Positions 30,610 to 44,077 are shown, counted from the first letter of the stretch. The stretch is DNA of 64,000 bases from an uncultured Actinomycetes bacterium (GCA_963770165.1 CAVYOK010000005.1:41409-105408), one strand, 5' to 3'. The notes: generated from the letters alone by a model not told the origin. Numbers and translations: made by a program.

Positions 30610-31736
30610 GCGTTCCCGAACGCACGGCCGCGCCCGCGACGATCCCGCTCGCGCAGCCCGTCCTCGGTCCGGAGGAGGAGCAGGCGGTGATCGACGTCCT
30701 GCGCTCGGGCCAGCTGTCGCTCGGTCCGCGCGTGCCGGCCTTCGAGCAGGCGTTCGCCGCGCGCCTCGGCGTGCCGCATGCGAGCGCCGTCTCGAGCGGC
30801 ACGGCCGGCCTGCACCTCGCGCTGCGCGCGGTCGGCGTGGGGGAGGGGGACGAGGTCGTCACGAGTCCCTTCTCGTTCGTCGCGTCGGCGAACGCGGCGC
30901 TGTTCGAGCGCGCCCGCCCGGTGTTCGCCGACATCGACCCGGTCACGCTCAACCTCGACCCGCAGGCCGCCGCGGCCGCGATCACGGACCGCACGAAGGC
31001 GCTGCTGCCGGTGCACATCTTCGGCTACCCGGCCGATCTGCCGACGTTCGAGCGCCTCGGCCTGCCGCTCGTCGAGGACGCCTGCGAGGCGCTCGGGGCG
31101 GTGCACGCGGACGGCGTCCCCGTCGGCGGTCGCGGCCACCCGGCCGTCTTCGGCTTCTACGCGAACAAGCAGCTGACGACGGGGGAGGGCGGCATGATCG
31201 CGCTCGGCGACAGCGCGACGAAGGAGCGGATCGACTCCGAGCGCAACCAGGGCCGCGCGCCCGACATGGGCTGGCTCGACCACGATCGCCTCGGCTTCAA
31301 CTACCGCCTCACCGACATCGCCAGCGCGATCGGCCTCGTGCAGCTGGAGCGGCTCGACGGCATGCTCGCCGACCGCGCGCGCGTCGCCGGCTGGTACCGC
31401 GAGGCACTCGCCGACGTCGAAGACCTCACGCTCCCGTGCTCCGACGCCGGTGGAAACGTACGCGGCTGGTTCGTGTTCGTCGTGCAACTGCCGCACCGCG
31501 TCGATCGTGACGCCACCGTCCGGGCGCTCGCGCAGCGGGGGATCCAGAGCAAGCCGTACCTGCCGGCGATCCATCTGATGAGCTTCTACCGCGAGCGCTT
31601 CGGACATCGCGCTGGCGAGTTCCCGGTCAGCGAGGACGTCGCCGCCCGCTCGATCGCGCTGCCGTTCTTCCCGGCGATGACCGAGGGGCAGGTCGCGCGC
31701 GTGGCGGCCGAGCTGCGCACGGTCCTCGGCCGTTAG
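30606..31736 (+). CDS. DegT/DnrJ/EryC1/StrS family PLP aminotransferase
   Basis: GTG 30606 overlaps the cimA stop (GTGA). Family motifs VSSGTAGLHLAL, TSPFSFVASANA, FGFYANKQLTTGEGGMI (PLP lysine). Confidence 0.88.
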   Translation: MSVPERTAAPATIPLAQPVLGPEEEQAVIDVLRSGQLSLGPRVPAFEQAFAARLGVPHASAVSSGTAGLHLALRAVGVGEGDEVVTSPFSFVASANAALFERARPVFADIDPVTLNLDPQAAAAAITDRTKALLPVHIFGYPADLPTFERLGLPLVEDACEALGAVHADGVPVGGRGHPAVFGFYANKQLTTGEGGMIALGDSATKERIDSERNQGRAPDMGWLDHDRLGFNYRLTDIASAIGLVQLERLDGMLADRARVAGWYREALADVEDLTLPCSDAGGNVRGWFVFVVQLPHRVDRDATVRALAQRGIQSKPYLPAIHLMSFYRERFGHRAGEFPVSEDVAARSIALPFFPAMTEGQVARVAAELRTVLGR

Positions 31737-31756
31737 CACCTAGACTCCGCCGCCGG

Positions 31757-33115
31757 ATGTCCCGCTTCAGCGAGCCGCAGCACCCGCTCTTCCGCCAGCT
31801 GAACGCCTCGATCGGCTTCGACTGGCGCCTCGGCCCGTACGACGTCGACCTCTCGCGCGCCCATGCGCGGATGCTGGCGCAGCAGGGGATCCTCACGCCG
31901 GAGGACCGCGACGAGCTGCTCGCGGCGCTCGACACCGTCGACCACGAGCTTGAGGAGGGGACGTTCGCGTTCCTGCCGGACGACGAGGACATCCACATGG
32001 CGATCGAGCGGCGCGTGACCGAGCTGGCCGGGCCGGTCGGCGGCAAGCTCCACACCGCGCGCTCGCGCAACGACCAGGTCGCGACCGACATGGCGCTCTT
32101 CACGCGCGCGCACGCCCAGGCCGCCGCCGCGGGCGTCACGACGCTCATGCGGGCGCTGATCGCCGCCGCCGAGCGCCATCTCGACTGGCGCATGCCGGGC
32201 TACACGCACCTGCAGCGCGCGCAGCCGGTCTACGTCAGCCATCACCTGCTGGCGTACGTGTGGATGCTCGCGCGCGACCTCGAGCGCTTCGCGGCGGTCG
32301 AGGCGGCGACGGCGAGACTGCCGCTCGGCGCGGGCGCGCTCGCGGGCGTGAACTTCGACACCGACCGCCAGGCGGTCGCGCGCGACCTCGGCTTCGCCGG
32401 CGTCGCCGAGAACTCGATCGACGCGGTGTCGAATCGCGACTTCGTGCTCGACTACCTGGCCGCGGCGGCGACGTGCGGCACGCACCTCTCCCGTCTCGGC
32501 GCCGAGATCGTGCTGTGGTCGAGCTCCGAGTTCGGCTTCGCCGAGGTCTCCGACGCGTGGGCCTCGGGGTCGTCGATCATGCCGCAGAAGAAGAACCCCG
32601 ACGCGGCCGAGCTGCTGCGCGCGAAGGCGCCGCGGATCGCCGGTCACTTCGTCGCGCTCCAAGGCGTCATGCACGCGCTTCCGCTGACCTACAACAAGGA
32701 CATGCAGGAGGACAAGGAGCACCTGTTCGACGCGGTCGACACGCTCGAGCTGTGCCTGGCGGCGGCGACCGGGATGATCGAAGGCATCGCATTCGACCGC
32801 GAGCGGATGGCGGCGGCCGCCTCCGACGAGTTTCCCGCCGCGACCGACGTGGCGGATCTGCTCGTACGCCGCGGCATGCCGTTCCGCGAGTGTCACGGCG
32901 TCGTCGCGGCGCTCGTCAAGCGCGCCGTCGACAGCGGCCGGAAGCTCACCGAGCTGCGGCCCGAGGAGCTCGCCGAGCACACCGACCTGCTCGACGAGGA
33001 GTACTACCGCGTGCTCGAGGGAGAGTCGTGGCTGGAGTCGAAGGACTCCGAGGGCGGCACCTCCCTGCGGCGCGTGCAGGAGCAGCTCCAGCGCGCTCGC
33101 GCGCTGGTGGCGTGA
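31757..33115 (+). CDS. argH: argininosuccinate lyase
   Basis: 452 aa. Fumarate-lyase signature GSSIMPQKKNPD. HTARSRNDQV. Confidence 0.95.
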   Translation: MSRFSEPQHPLFRQLNASIGFDWRLGPYDVDLSRAHARMLAQQGILTPEDRDELLAALDTVDHELEEGTFAFLPDDEDIHMAIERRVTELAGPVGGKLHTARSRNDQVATDMALFTRAHAQAAAAGVTTLMRALIAAAERHLDWRMPGYTHLQRAQPVYVSHHLLAYVWMLARDLERFAAVEAATARLPLGAGALAGVNFDTDRQAVARDLGFAGVAENSIDAVSNRDFVLDYLAAAATCGTHLSRLGAEIVLWSSSEFGFAEVSDAWASGSSIMPQKKNPDAAELLRAKAPRIAGHFVALQGVMHALPLTYNKDMQEDKEHLFDAVDTLELCLAAATGMIEGIAFDRERMAAAASDEFPAATDVADLLVRRGMPFRECHGVVAALVKRAVDSGRKLTELRPEELAEHTDLLDEEYYRVLEGESWLESKDSEGGTSLRRVQEQLQRARALVA

Positions 33116-33681
33116 GCGCGCTCCCGACCGCCTTCTACGACCGCCCCGTGCTGGAGGTCGCGCGCGACCTCGTCGGATGCGTCGTCTCCCATGCAGGCTT
33201 CGCCGGCGTGATCGTCGAGACGGAGGCCTACCACGACAGCGAGCCCGCCTGCCACGCGTTCGTGGGGCTCACCAACCGCACGAGAACGCTGTTCGGCCCG
33301 CCCGGACGCGCCTACGTGTACCGCTCGTACGGCATCCACGCCCTGCTCAACGCGGTCTGTGAGCCCGAGGGCGTCGGCGCCGCCGTGCTGATCCGCGCGC
33401 TGGAGCCGCTGGAAGGGATCGAGCGGATGCGCGCGCGTCGCGGCCTCGACCGCGTCGAGCAGCTGTGCTCCGGCCCCGGCAAGCTGACGCAGGCGCTGGG
33501 GATCGAGCTGGGGGAGAACGGCACGCCGCTGACCGGTGTGGGTCCGGTCGCGATCCATCCGCGGCGGAGCGCGTGGCGCGACGTCGAGCTGGTCGCAAGT
33601 CGGCGGATCGGGATCACGAAGGCCGTGGAGCTGCCGTGGCGCTTCTGCGCGCGCGGCAGCGTGAACGTCTCACGGCCCTGA
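33112..33681 (+). CDS. mpg: DNA-3-methyladenine glycosylase (Mpg/AAG family)
   Basis: GTG 33112 overlaps the argH stop. FYDRPVLEVARDLVG..IVETEAYHDSEPACHAF..GRAYVYRSYGIH.. Confidence 0.88.
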   Translation: MSALPTAFYDRPVLEVARDLVGCVVSHAGFAGVIVETEAYHDSEPACHAFVGLTNRTRTLFGPPGRAYVYRSYGIHALLNAVCEPEGVGAAVLIRALEPLEGIERMRARRGLDRVEQLCSGPGKLTQALGIELGENGTPLTGVGPVAIHPRRSAWRDVELVASRRIGITKAVELPWRFCARGSVNVSRP

Positions 33682-34260
33682 TCGGCAGTGTTGCCCGTTG
33701 TCGTCGCAGCCGCGCGCGTATATCCCGCGCAGCGCGACGTCGAAGATCAGGTAGTTGCGCCAGTCCGCGTGTCCGGCCCCGTCGGTGCCTCCAAGGCGTG
33801 GCGGGACGACGATCTGCCGCCGTCCGCCGACGCGCATCCCGCGCATGCCGATCGTCAGCCCGCGCCATCTGCCTCTTCTGACGAGTATCACGCCGGCGGT
33901 CGGCCCTGGTGGGCCCCACTCGTCGTAGAACACCTCACCCGTCCGGTAGTCGCCCTCGATGTAGCTCATCAGCACGTAGTCGTGCGGCCACACCGCGGAA
34001 CCGGTTCCCTTCTTGATCTCGCGTATGACCACGCGGTTCGATCTGTAGCCGGGGTGGGGCTTGACGGTTGGCCGTCTCCACCTCAGCGGCACCAGCCTGT
34101 GCCTGGGCGGTGCCGGCGTCGTCGTGGTCGTGGCGGGCACGGCCGTCGCGGTATTCGCCGACGACGCGTCGGGCTGGCTCGACGACTCGCCGCCTCCGCA
34201 GCCGAACACCAGCACCGCGAGCGACAGGCATGCGGTGCGCGAAGTGAGTCCCCCTCTCAC
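33670..34260 (-). CDS. FKBP-type peptidyl-prolyl isomerase-like lipoprotein
   Basis: 196 aa. Signal peptide with Cys lipobox (LAVLVFGC). FKBP-like core (VIREIKKGTGSAV..VLMSYIEGDY..GMRGMRVGGRRQIVVPP..LIFDVAL). Confidence 0.7.
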   Translation of the reverse strand: MRGGLTSRTACLSLAVLVFGCGGGESSSQPDASSANTATAVPATTTTTPAPPRHRLVPLRWRRPTVKPHPGYRSNRVVIREIKKGTGSAVWPHDYVLMSYIEGDYRTGEVFYDEWGPPGPTAGVILVRRGRWRGLTIGMRGMRVGGRRQIVVPPRLGGTDGAGHADWRNYLIFDVALRGIYARGCDDNGQHCRSGP

Positions 34261-34266
34261 AGGTTC

Positions 34267-34272
34267 AATTTA
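34267..34272 (-). promoter_or_regulatory. candidate -10 box TAAATT, 6 nt upstream of the GTG start (leaderless layout)
   Basis: Minus-strand GGTAAATTGAACCT-GTG. No SD is possible. The same layout occurs at the paralog. Confidence 0.4.
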
Positions 34273-34332
34273 CCGCATTAAGGGAGATAGCGGAGCCGCT
34301 TCCAACCTCCCCGGGGAGGCAAGCGCTCGGCA

Positions 34333-34926
34333 TCACTCGTACGACATGATCTTGCGCAGCACCATGTCGACGCGTGCGTCGGCCCAGCCCCCCTTTGGAT
34401 CGTGCACGTCGCCGATCGTGCGCGGCATCAGTATCACGCGGCGGCCGCCGGGGCGCATGCCGATCATTCCGCGGCGGATGCCGGGCGCCTCCGCGGACAG
34501 GTTCAGGAATTGGGCTCTCAGCGGGCCCCACGCGACATTGAACTTGGCGCCGGACTTCCAGAAGCTCTTCGAGTAGTTCGCGTAGACGTTCTCATCGCCG
34601 CGGATCGCGGGTCCTCTCCCGCGCTTGATGTCGCGCACGACCAGGCGATCGATGCGGCCGCGCGGATGTGGGCGGCTGTTGGGCGGCTCCGGGTACGGGT
34701 TGGGCGCAAACGTCCGTTCGAGCCTGATCGTCTCGAGGCGGTACCTGCGGGCGTTCGCACGTTCCTGCTCCTCGCGGCTCAGGGTCTGCGTCGTCGCGGG
34801 TGCGGCGGCGACGGACGAGCTCGAGGAGGTGCCTCCGTCGCCGCAGGCAGCCAGCGCCAGTGCCGCGAGGATGCAGCAGGCGGCAAGCATGGCAAGCAGC
34901 CCCCAGCTCGTGAGTCCCCCTCTCAC
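34333..34926 (-). CDS. FKBP-like lipoprotein, divergent paralog of 33670..34260
   Basis: 197 aa. Its first six codons are identical to the neighbour (17 nt from the GTG; N-terminus MRGGLTS). Lipobox LAAC. Degenerate FKBP core (LVVRDIKRGRGPA..GMIGMRPGGRRVILMP). Confidence 0.65.
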   Translation of the reverse strand: MRGGLTSWGLLAMLAACCILAALALAACGDGGTSSSSSVAAAPATTQTLSREEQERANARRYRLETIRLERTFAPNPYPEPPNSRPHPRGRIDRLVVRDIKRGRGPAIRGDENVYANYSKSFWKSGAKFNVAWGPLRAQFLNLSAEAPGIRRGMIGMRPGGRRVILMPRTIGDVHDPKGGWADARVDMVLRKIMSYE

Positions 34927-34932
34927 ACGGCC

Positions 34933-34938
34933 AATCTA
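34933..34938 (-). promoter_or_regulatory. candidate -10 box TAGATT, 6 nt upstream of the GTG start (leaderless layout)
   Basis: Minus-strand GGTAGATTGGCCGT-GTG, collinear with the paralog upstream region. Confidence 0.4.
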
Positions 34939-34979
34939 CCAGGCGCCAGTGCGCCGCATGCGGCACGCGCCCGGCTGTG

Positions 34980-37328
34980 CTACCCGCTCGGCGCAGCAGC
35001 GCCGCCGCCGCTGGCGGGCGGCGTAGGCGCTCCCGTGTCGTCGCCGTCTCCACCTGGCTGCGCGGGTGCTCCGGTGTCGTCACCGGGCGGCGGGATCGCT
35101 GTCCCACCGCCGTCGCCCGTGTCGCCGGGCCCGCCGCCTTGGTCGTCCACCATGGGCGCCTCGTCGCCGTCGGCTGCGCCGTCGGTCGTGCCGGCATCGG
35201 TCGTCGTGCCGTCGTCGGTGGGTGCGGTCTGCACATCGGGGATGGTGGTCTCGACCGCACTCGCGTCCTCGCCGTCGCGCAGCGCCTGCGCCATCGCGGC
35301 GCGCTCGTCGAGGATCGCCATCGCCTGCTCCATGAAGTTGTGCCACAGCAGCGCCGGATAGGTGCCGCCGGCGACGGGCTCGCCGCCGTACTGGGTGAGC
35401 ATCGGCTCGAGTCTGTCGGGATAACCGACCCAGATCGCGACCGTCATCCGCTCGTTCCAGCCGACGAACCAGGCGTCGCCGTAGTTCTCGGTCGTGCCGG
35501 TCTTGCCGGCGGCGAAGCCGGGGATCGCGGCGGCCTTGCCGGTGCCATAGGCGACGACCGTCTGCAAGATCTGCGACACCTGCGTGGCCACGCTCGGCGG
35601 GATCACCTGCGCGCGCCTCAGCGTCTTGGGGTTGCTGAACAGCACCTCGTCGTCGGCGTCGCGCACCATGTGGATGCCGATCGGGCCTTTGTCGGGGGCG
35701 CCGAGATCCGGGTTCCAGATGCGCTTGCCGCCGGTGGCGAACGTCTCGTACGCGTGTGCCATGTCGAGCGGCGTGACGCCGTCTCTGAGGCCGCCGAGGA
35801 TCATCGCGTAGTTCGTCGAGATCGGCGTGCGGATGCCGAGCCGGCGCGCGACGCGCGCGATCTTCCTGGTGCCGACCTTGACGCCCACCTCGGCGTAGAC
35901 CGAGTTGTCGGACGTCGTCGTCGCGCCCGCGAGGCTCTGCGAGCCGTAGTAGGCGTCGCCGTAGTTTCTGACGACGAAGTACTCTCTCCCGCCGCTGCCG
36001 GGCACGCGGAACTGCTTCTGCGTCGAGGACCACTCGGAGCTCGGCGAGATGCCCGACAGCAGCGCGGCCGTCAGCACGAACGGCTTGAACGTCGAGCCCG
36101 GCTGGCGCTGGCCCTGTGTCGCGAGGTTGAACGGGCTCGTCGCGTAGTCCGAGCCGCCGACCATCGCGCGCACCTCGCCCGTCTTGTTGTCGATCGCGAC
36201 GAGCGAGGCGGACGGCAGCCCGCTGCCGGGCGGCAGCGTCTGCCAGATCGTCTGCTCGGCAGCACGCTGCAGGTCGAGGTCGAGCGAGGTCGTGATCTCG
36301 AGGTTGCCGCTGAAGGCCTTGAACCGCCCGAAGTGGTCGACGACCTGCTGGCGCACCCAGCTCGTGAAGTAGGGGGACTCGCTTCTCTCCTGCGGCGGGG
36401 TGAGGTCGTCCTGCGTCGGAAGCGGGTCCTGGATGTCGCCGAGGTACTCGGCGGCGGTGATGTAGCCCTGGTCGCGCATGTAGCGCAGGACGGTGTCGCG
36501 GCGGTGTCTCGCGGCGACCGGGTGGGCGATCGGGTCGTAGCCTGACGGCGACTGGATGATCCCCGCCAGGAACGCGGCCTCCGGCGTCGTCAGCTGTGAG
36601 GCGCACATGTTCGCGCGCGTTGCGCCGCAGCCGCCGGCGGTCTGCCAGCCGTGCCGCTTGCCGAAGTACACGCGCGCGGCCGACTCGATCCCGTAGGCGC
36701 CGTTGCCGAAGTAGATCGCGTTGAGGTACTCGGTGAGGATCTTCTCCTTCGACCACTTGCGCGTGAGGTGGTAGGCGAGCGCCGCCTCGCGCAGCTTCTG
36801 GAAGATGGTGCGCTCGCCCTGCGCCTCGAGCGCCACCTTCACGAACTGCTGGGTGATCGTCGACGCTCCCTGCATCGCGCCGCCGGCGCCGACGTCCGCC
36901 CACAGGGCACGCGCGATGCCCTTCAGGTCGTAGCCCGGGTTTGTATAGAAGCGCTTGTCCTCGATCGCGATCGTCGCGTGCTTCATCGCCGGCGCGATCT
37001 GGTACTGCCCCACGAGGACGACGTTCTGGTTGTTGGTGAGGATCCCGAGCTTGCGGCCGCGGTAGTCCAGCAGCACCGAGTTGTTCTTGTTCGAGCTGTA
37101 CTGCTCTCTGTTCTCCAGGCGGGGCAGGTCGGAGGCGACCGCCATCATCATCCCGAACACGGTCGAGACGAACGCGAGCAGCCCGAGCCCGACGAAGATC
37201 GCGAGCACCCGCAGCTTCTTGATGCGCGGACCCGATCCCGACCGCCCCCGGCGACGGCGGAGGCGCAGCCTCGGCAGCCTCGCGCGCGGGCGGGTCGGCG
37301 TCGTGGTGTTGCCGTGCGCGTCAGTCAT
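34980..37328 (-). CDS. class A penicillin-binding protein (glycosyltransferase + transpeptidase)
   Basis: 782 aa. GT51 motifs EDKRFY and GASTITQQ. Transpeptidase STFKP, SDN, KTGT. N-terminal TM anchor. Gly/Asp/Thr/Pro-rich C-terminal tail. Confidence 0.93.
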   Translation of the reverse strand: MTDAHGNTTTPTRPRARLPRLRLRRRRGRSGSGPRIKKLRVLAIFVGLGLLAFVSTVFGMMMAVASDLPRLENREQYSSNKNNSVLLDYRGRKLGILTNNQNVVLVGQYQIAPAMKHATIAIEDKRFYTNPGYDLKGIARALWADVGAGGAMQGASTITQQFVKVALEAQGERTIFQKLREAALAYHLTRKWSKEKILTEYLNAIYFGNGAYGIESAARVYFGKRHGWQTAGGCGATRANMCASQLTTPEAAFLAGIIQSPSGYDPIAHPVAARHRRDTVLRYMRDQGYITAAEYLGDIQDPLPTQDDLTPPQERSESPYFTSWVRQQVVDHFGRFKAFSGNLEITTSLDLDLQRAAEQTIWQTLPPGSGLPSASLVAIDNKTGEVRAMVGGSDYATSPFNLATQGQRQPGSTFKPFVLTAALLSGISPSSEWSSTQKQFRVPGSGGREYFVVRNYGDAYYGSQSLAGATTTSDNSVYAEVGVKVGTRKIARVARRLGIRTPISTNYAMILGGLRDGVTPLDMAHAYETFATGGKRIWNPDLGAPDKGPIGIHMVRDADDEVLFSNPKTLRRAQVIPPSVATQVSQILQTVVAYGTGKAAAIPGFAAGKTGTTENYGDAWFVGWNERMTVAIWVGYPDRLEPMLTQYGGEPVAGGTYPALLWHNFMEQAMAILDERAAMAQALRDGEDASAVETTIPDVQTAPTDDGTTTDAGTTDGAADGDEAPMVDDQGGGPGDTGDGGGTAIPPPGDDTGAPAQPGGDGDDTGAPTPPASGGGAAAPSG

Positions 37329-37429
37329 GCGTCAGGTGGTGCGGCGCCGGTGGACGGGAGGCGACGGCGCGGCGGCGGACCGTGGGCGGCAGGGGCCTCG
37401 CCGGGCCGGCAGTCTAGCATTCGGCCTCC

Positions 37430-38632
37430 GTGACTCCTGACGCCCGCACCCCCGCCGAGCAGGCTGCATGGCTGGAGCGCAATGCCGTCGAATCGCTTCC
37501 CACCGGCGGCTTGGAGCGCAAGCTGGCGGAGGCGGCGCGCGAGCGGCGCCCGTTGCGGGTGAAGCTCGGGATCGACCCCACGGCACCAGACATTCACCTC
37601 GGCTTCACCGTGGTGCTCGGCAAGCTGCGCGAGTTCCAGGACCTCGGTCACACCGTGGTCCTGATCGTGGGCGACTACACCGCGCGCGTCGGCGACCCGA
37701 GCGGCCGTTCCGCGACCCGCCCCGTCCTCTCGGGCGAGCAGATCGATGCGAACGCCGCCACGTTCCAGCAGCAGGCGCTCACCGTGCTCGATGCCGAGCG
37801 CCTCGAGGTGCGTCGCAACGGCGAGTGGCTCGACATGGGGATGGAGGAGCTCTTCCACCTGGTGCGCACCACCACGGTCGCGCGGATCCTCGAGCGCGAC
37901 GACTTCGCGAAGCGCTACGTCGCGCATGCGCCGATCTCGTTCCTCGAGCTGCTGTACCCGCTGCTGCAGGGGTACGACTCGGTCGCCGTCGAGTCCGACG
38001 TCGAGCTCGGCGGGACCGACCAGAAGTTCAACCTGCTGCTCGGGCGTGACATCCAGACCGCCTACGGCCAGCCGGAGCAGACGATTCTCACGTTGCCGAT
38101 CCTGCCGGGTATCGACGGCGAGCGGAAGATGTCGAAGTCCTACGGCAACTACATCGGCGTCACCGACCCGCCCGAGGAGATCTACGGCAAGACGCTGCGG
38201 TTGCCGGACGAGGCGATGGGGCAGTGGTACGAGCTGCTGCTCGGCGAGCCGCTGCCTGGCGACGCCAATCCGCGCGACGCGAAGCGCTCGCTCGCCCGTG
38301 CGCTCGTCGCCCGCTTCCACGACCGGACCGCGGCGGAGGCAGCCGAGCAGGCGTTCGACCGCGTCCATCGCGAGCACAGGCCGCCTGAGCAGATGCCGTC
38401 CGTCACGCTGCCGGCCCCCGCGGTCGACGACGGCCTCGTCCACCTGCCCGCGCTGCTCTCCGACGCGTTCGGCGTCTCCCGCTCGGAGGCGCGGCGCTCG
38501 CTCGAGCAGGGTGGTGTGAAGCTCGACGGCGAGCCGCTCGCGGCGGATCCGCTCGACCGTCCGCTCGACGAGCTCGACGGCCGCGTCCTGCAGCTCGGCA
38601 AACGGCGCTTCGCGCGTCTCGTGCGCGGCTGA
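37430..38632 (+). CDS. tyrS: tyrosine--tRNA ligase
   Basis: 400 aa with GTG start. HIGH-type DIHLGF, KMSKS present, C-terminal S4-like domain (RSEARRSLEQGGVKLDG). Confidence 0.93.
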   Translation: MTPDARTPAEQAAWLERNAVESLPTGGLERKLAEAARERRPLRVKLGIDPTAPDIHLGFTVVLGKLREFQDLGHTVVLIVGDYTARVGDPSGRSATRPVLSGEQIDANAATFQQQALTVLDAERLEVRRNGEWLDMGMEELFHLVRTTTVARILERDDFAKRYVAHAPISFLELLYPLLQGYDSVAVESDVELGGTDQKFNLLLGRDIQTAYGQPEQTILTLPILPGIDGERKMSKSYGNYIGVTDPPEEIYGKTLRLPDEAMGQWYELLLGEPLPGDANPRDAKRSLARALVARFHDRTAAEAAEQAFDRVHREHRPPEQMPSVTLPAPAVDDGLVHLPALLSDAFGVSRSEARRSLEQGGVKLDGEPLAADPLDRPLDELDGRVLQLGKRRFARLVRG

Positions 38633-38676
38633 CCGCGCACTCGTCCGCCGGTCGGCTATCCTTCGCGGAACGTCGT

Positions 38677-38717
38677 CCCCGGACGGCCAGGGCGTCCTGC
38701 GAGAGGGCGGTCCGGGG
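38677..38717 (+). terminator. GC-rich stem-loop after tyrS (terminator-like, no U tract)
   Basis: CCCCGGAC (38677-84) pairs with GTCCGGGG (38710-17), with partial extension inward. Confidence 0.35.
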
Positions 38718-38755
38718 CAAAGGAAGCCGAGCTTCCCCCGCCTGCGCGCAAGCGC

Positions 38756-38761
38756 TATACT
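38756..38761 (+). promoter_or_regulatory. candidate rrn promoter -10 (TATACT)
   Basis: Best -10-like hexamer in the tyrS-16S spacer. It is followed by leader hairpins (CCGAGAG/CTCTCGG 38774-92) and the boxA-like element. The -35 is weak (TTCCCC at 17-nt spacing). Confidence 0.3.
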
Positions 38762-38833
38762 TTCGCGCCCGCACCGAGAGTGCTGCTCTCGGCGTGTCAG
38801 CACGGAGGAATCCCCTCCTGAGAGGCATGGCGG

Positions 38834-38857
38834 TCTTTGAAAACTCAACAGCATGTG
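38834..38857 (+). promoter_or_regulatory. boxA-like antitermination motif / 5' strand of the 16S processing stem
   Basis: TCTTTGAAAACTCAACAGCATGTG resembles rrn-leader boxA-type elements. With CGG upstream (38831-57), 25 of 27 nt are complementary to 40710-40736 in the ITS. Confidence 0.6.
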
Positions 38858-39052
38858 CACCGACAGGCCGGAATGGTCCGGCCGTCGTGTGCGTCCAGGT
38901 TTCGAAAGCCGCCGCCCGCCGCGCCAGCGCGAGCGGGAGAACGGTGGCGCCAGAATTAGACCCCGTCCGGTGCCCGGGCGGCCCCTACGTGTACGTGGGC
39001 CTCCCGCAGTGGGCATCGCGACGCTCTTCGTAGAAGTACACATATGTAGTTC

Positions 39053-40601
<1,549 letters not shown>

Positions 40602-40709
40602 AGGGAGCATCCGAGAGGATGCGGTCCCGATCGGCTTGTCCGGTCGGGTCTAGGAATGTCGACCGAATCTGGCAGGCAGCACGCTCGAGTCCGCTCGCGC
40701 GGAGCTGCC

Positions 40710-40736
40710 CACATGCTGTTGAGTTTTGAGAGACCG
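40710..40736 (+). other. 3' strand of the 16S processing stem (ITS)
   Basis: CACATGCTGTTGAGTTTTGAGAGACCG is complementary to 38831-38857. Confidence 0.6.
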
Positions 40737-40767
40737 CACCCCAGTCCGGGGTGAGCCTCTCCGCGGA

Positions 40768-40805
40768 CCTTGAAAACTGCACAGTAGCCAATGAAACGGG
40801 TATCA
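40768..40805 (+). promoter_or_regulatory. second boxA-like motif / 5' strand of the 23S processing stem
   Basis: CCTTGAAAACTGCACAGTAGCCAATGAAACGGGTATCA is largely complementary to 43838-43876 downstream of 23S. Confidence 0.55.
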
Positions 40806-40833
40806 CCGATCAACTTCGTTTGATCAGATCACC

Positions 40834-43830
<2,997 letters not shown>

Positions 43831-43837
43831 GGATATT

Positions 43838-43876
43838 TGATACCCGTGCTATTGGCGCACTGTGCAGTTTTGAAGG
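43838..43876 (+). other. 3' strand of the 23S processing stem
   Basis: TGATACCCGTGCTATTGGCGCACTGTGCAGTTTTGAAGG is complementary to 40768-40805, with a few mismatches and one indel. Confidence 0.55.
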
Positions 43877-43901
43877 CCCGCGGAGGGCGTGGTCTCGACC
43901 G

Positions 43902-44021
43902 GTTTCCGGTGGCTATGGCGAGGGGGAAACACCTCTTCCCATTCCGAACAGAGCAGTTAAGCCCCTCAGCGCCGATGGTACTTGGCCCGCAAGGGCCTGG
44001 GAGAGTAGGACGCCGCCGGTT
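43902..44021 (+). rRNA. rrf: 5S ribosomal RNA
   Basis: GTTTCCGGTGGCTATGGCGAGGGGGAAACACCTCTTCCCATTCCGAAC..GCGCCGATGGTACT..GGGAGAGTAGGACGCCGCCGG. Typical 5S layout. Ends are accurate to about 3 nt. Confidence 0.93.
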
Positions 44022-44030
44022 CTTGCATCG

Positions 44031-44077
44031 AGATGAGCTCCGTACCCAGCAGAGGTGCGGGGCTCATCTGCGTTTCT
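44031..44077 (+). terminator. intrinsic terminator of the rrn operon
   Basis: AGATGAGCTCCG (44031-42) pairs with CGGGGCTCATCT (44058-69), 12 bp including one G-U. It is followed by GCGTTTCT. Confidence 0.7.

Noticed and set aside
37329-37429. Possible T-box riboswitch upstream of tyrS
   Set aside because: The divergent spacer is only about 100 nt. I see no T-box consensus sequence or specifier-loop architecture. T-box leaders are normally over 200 nt.
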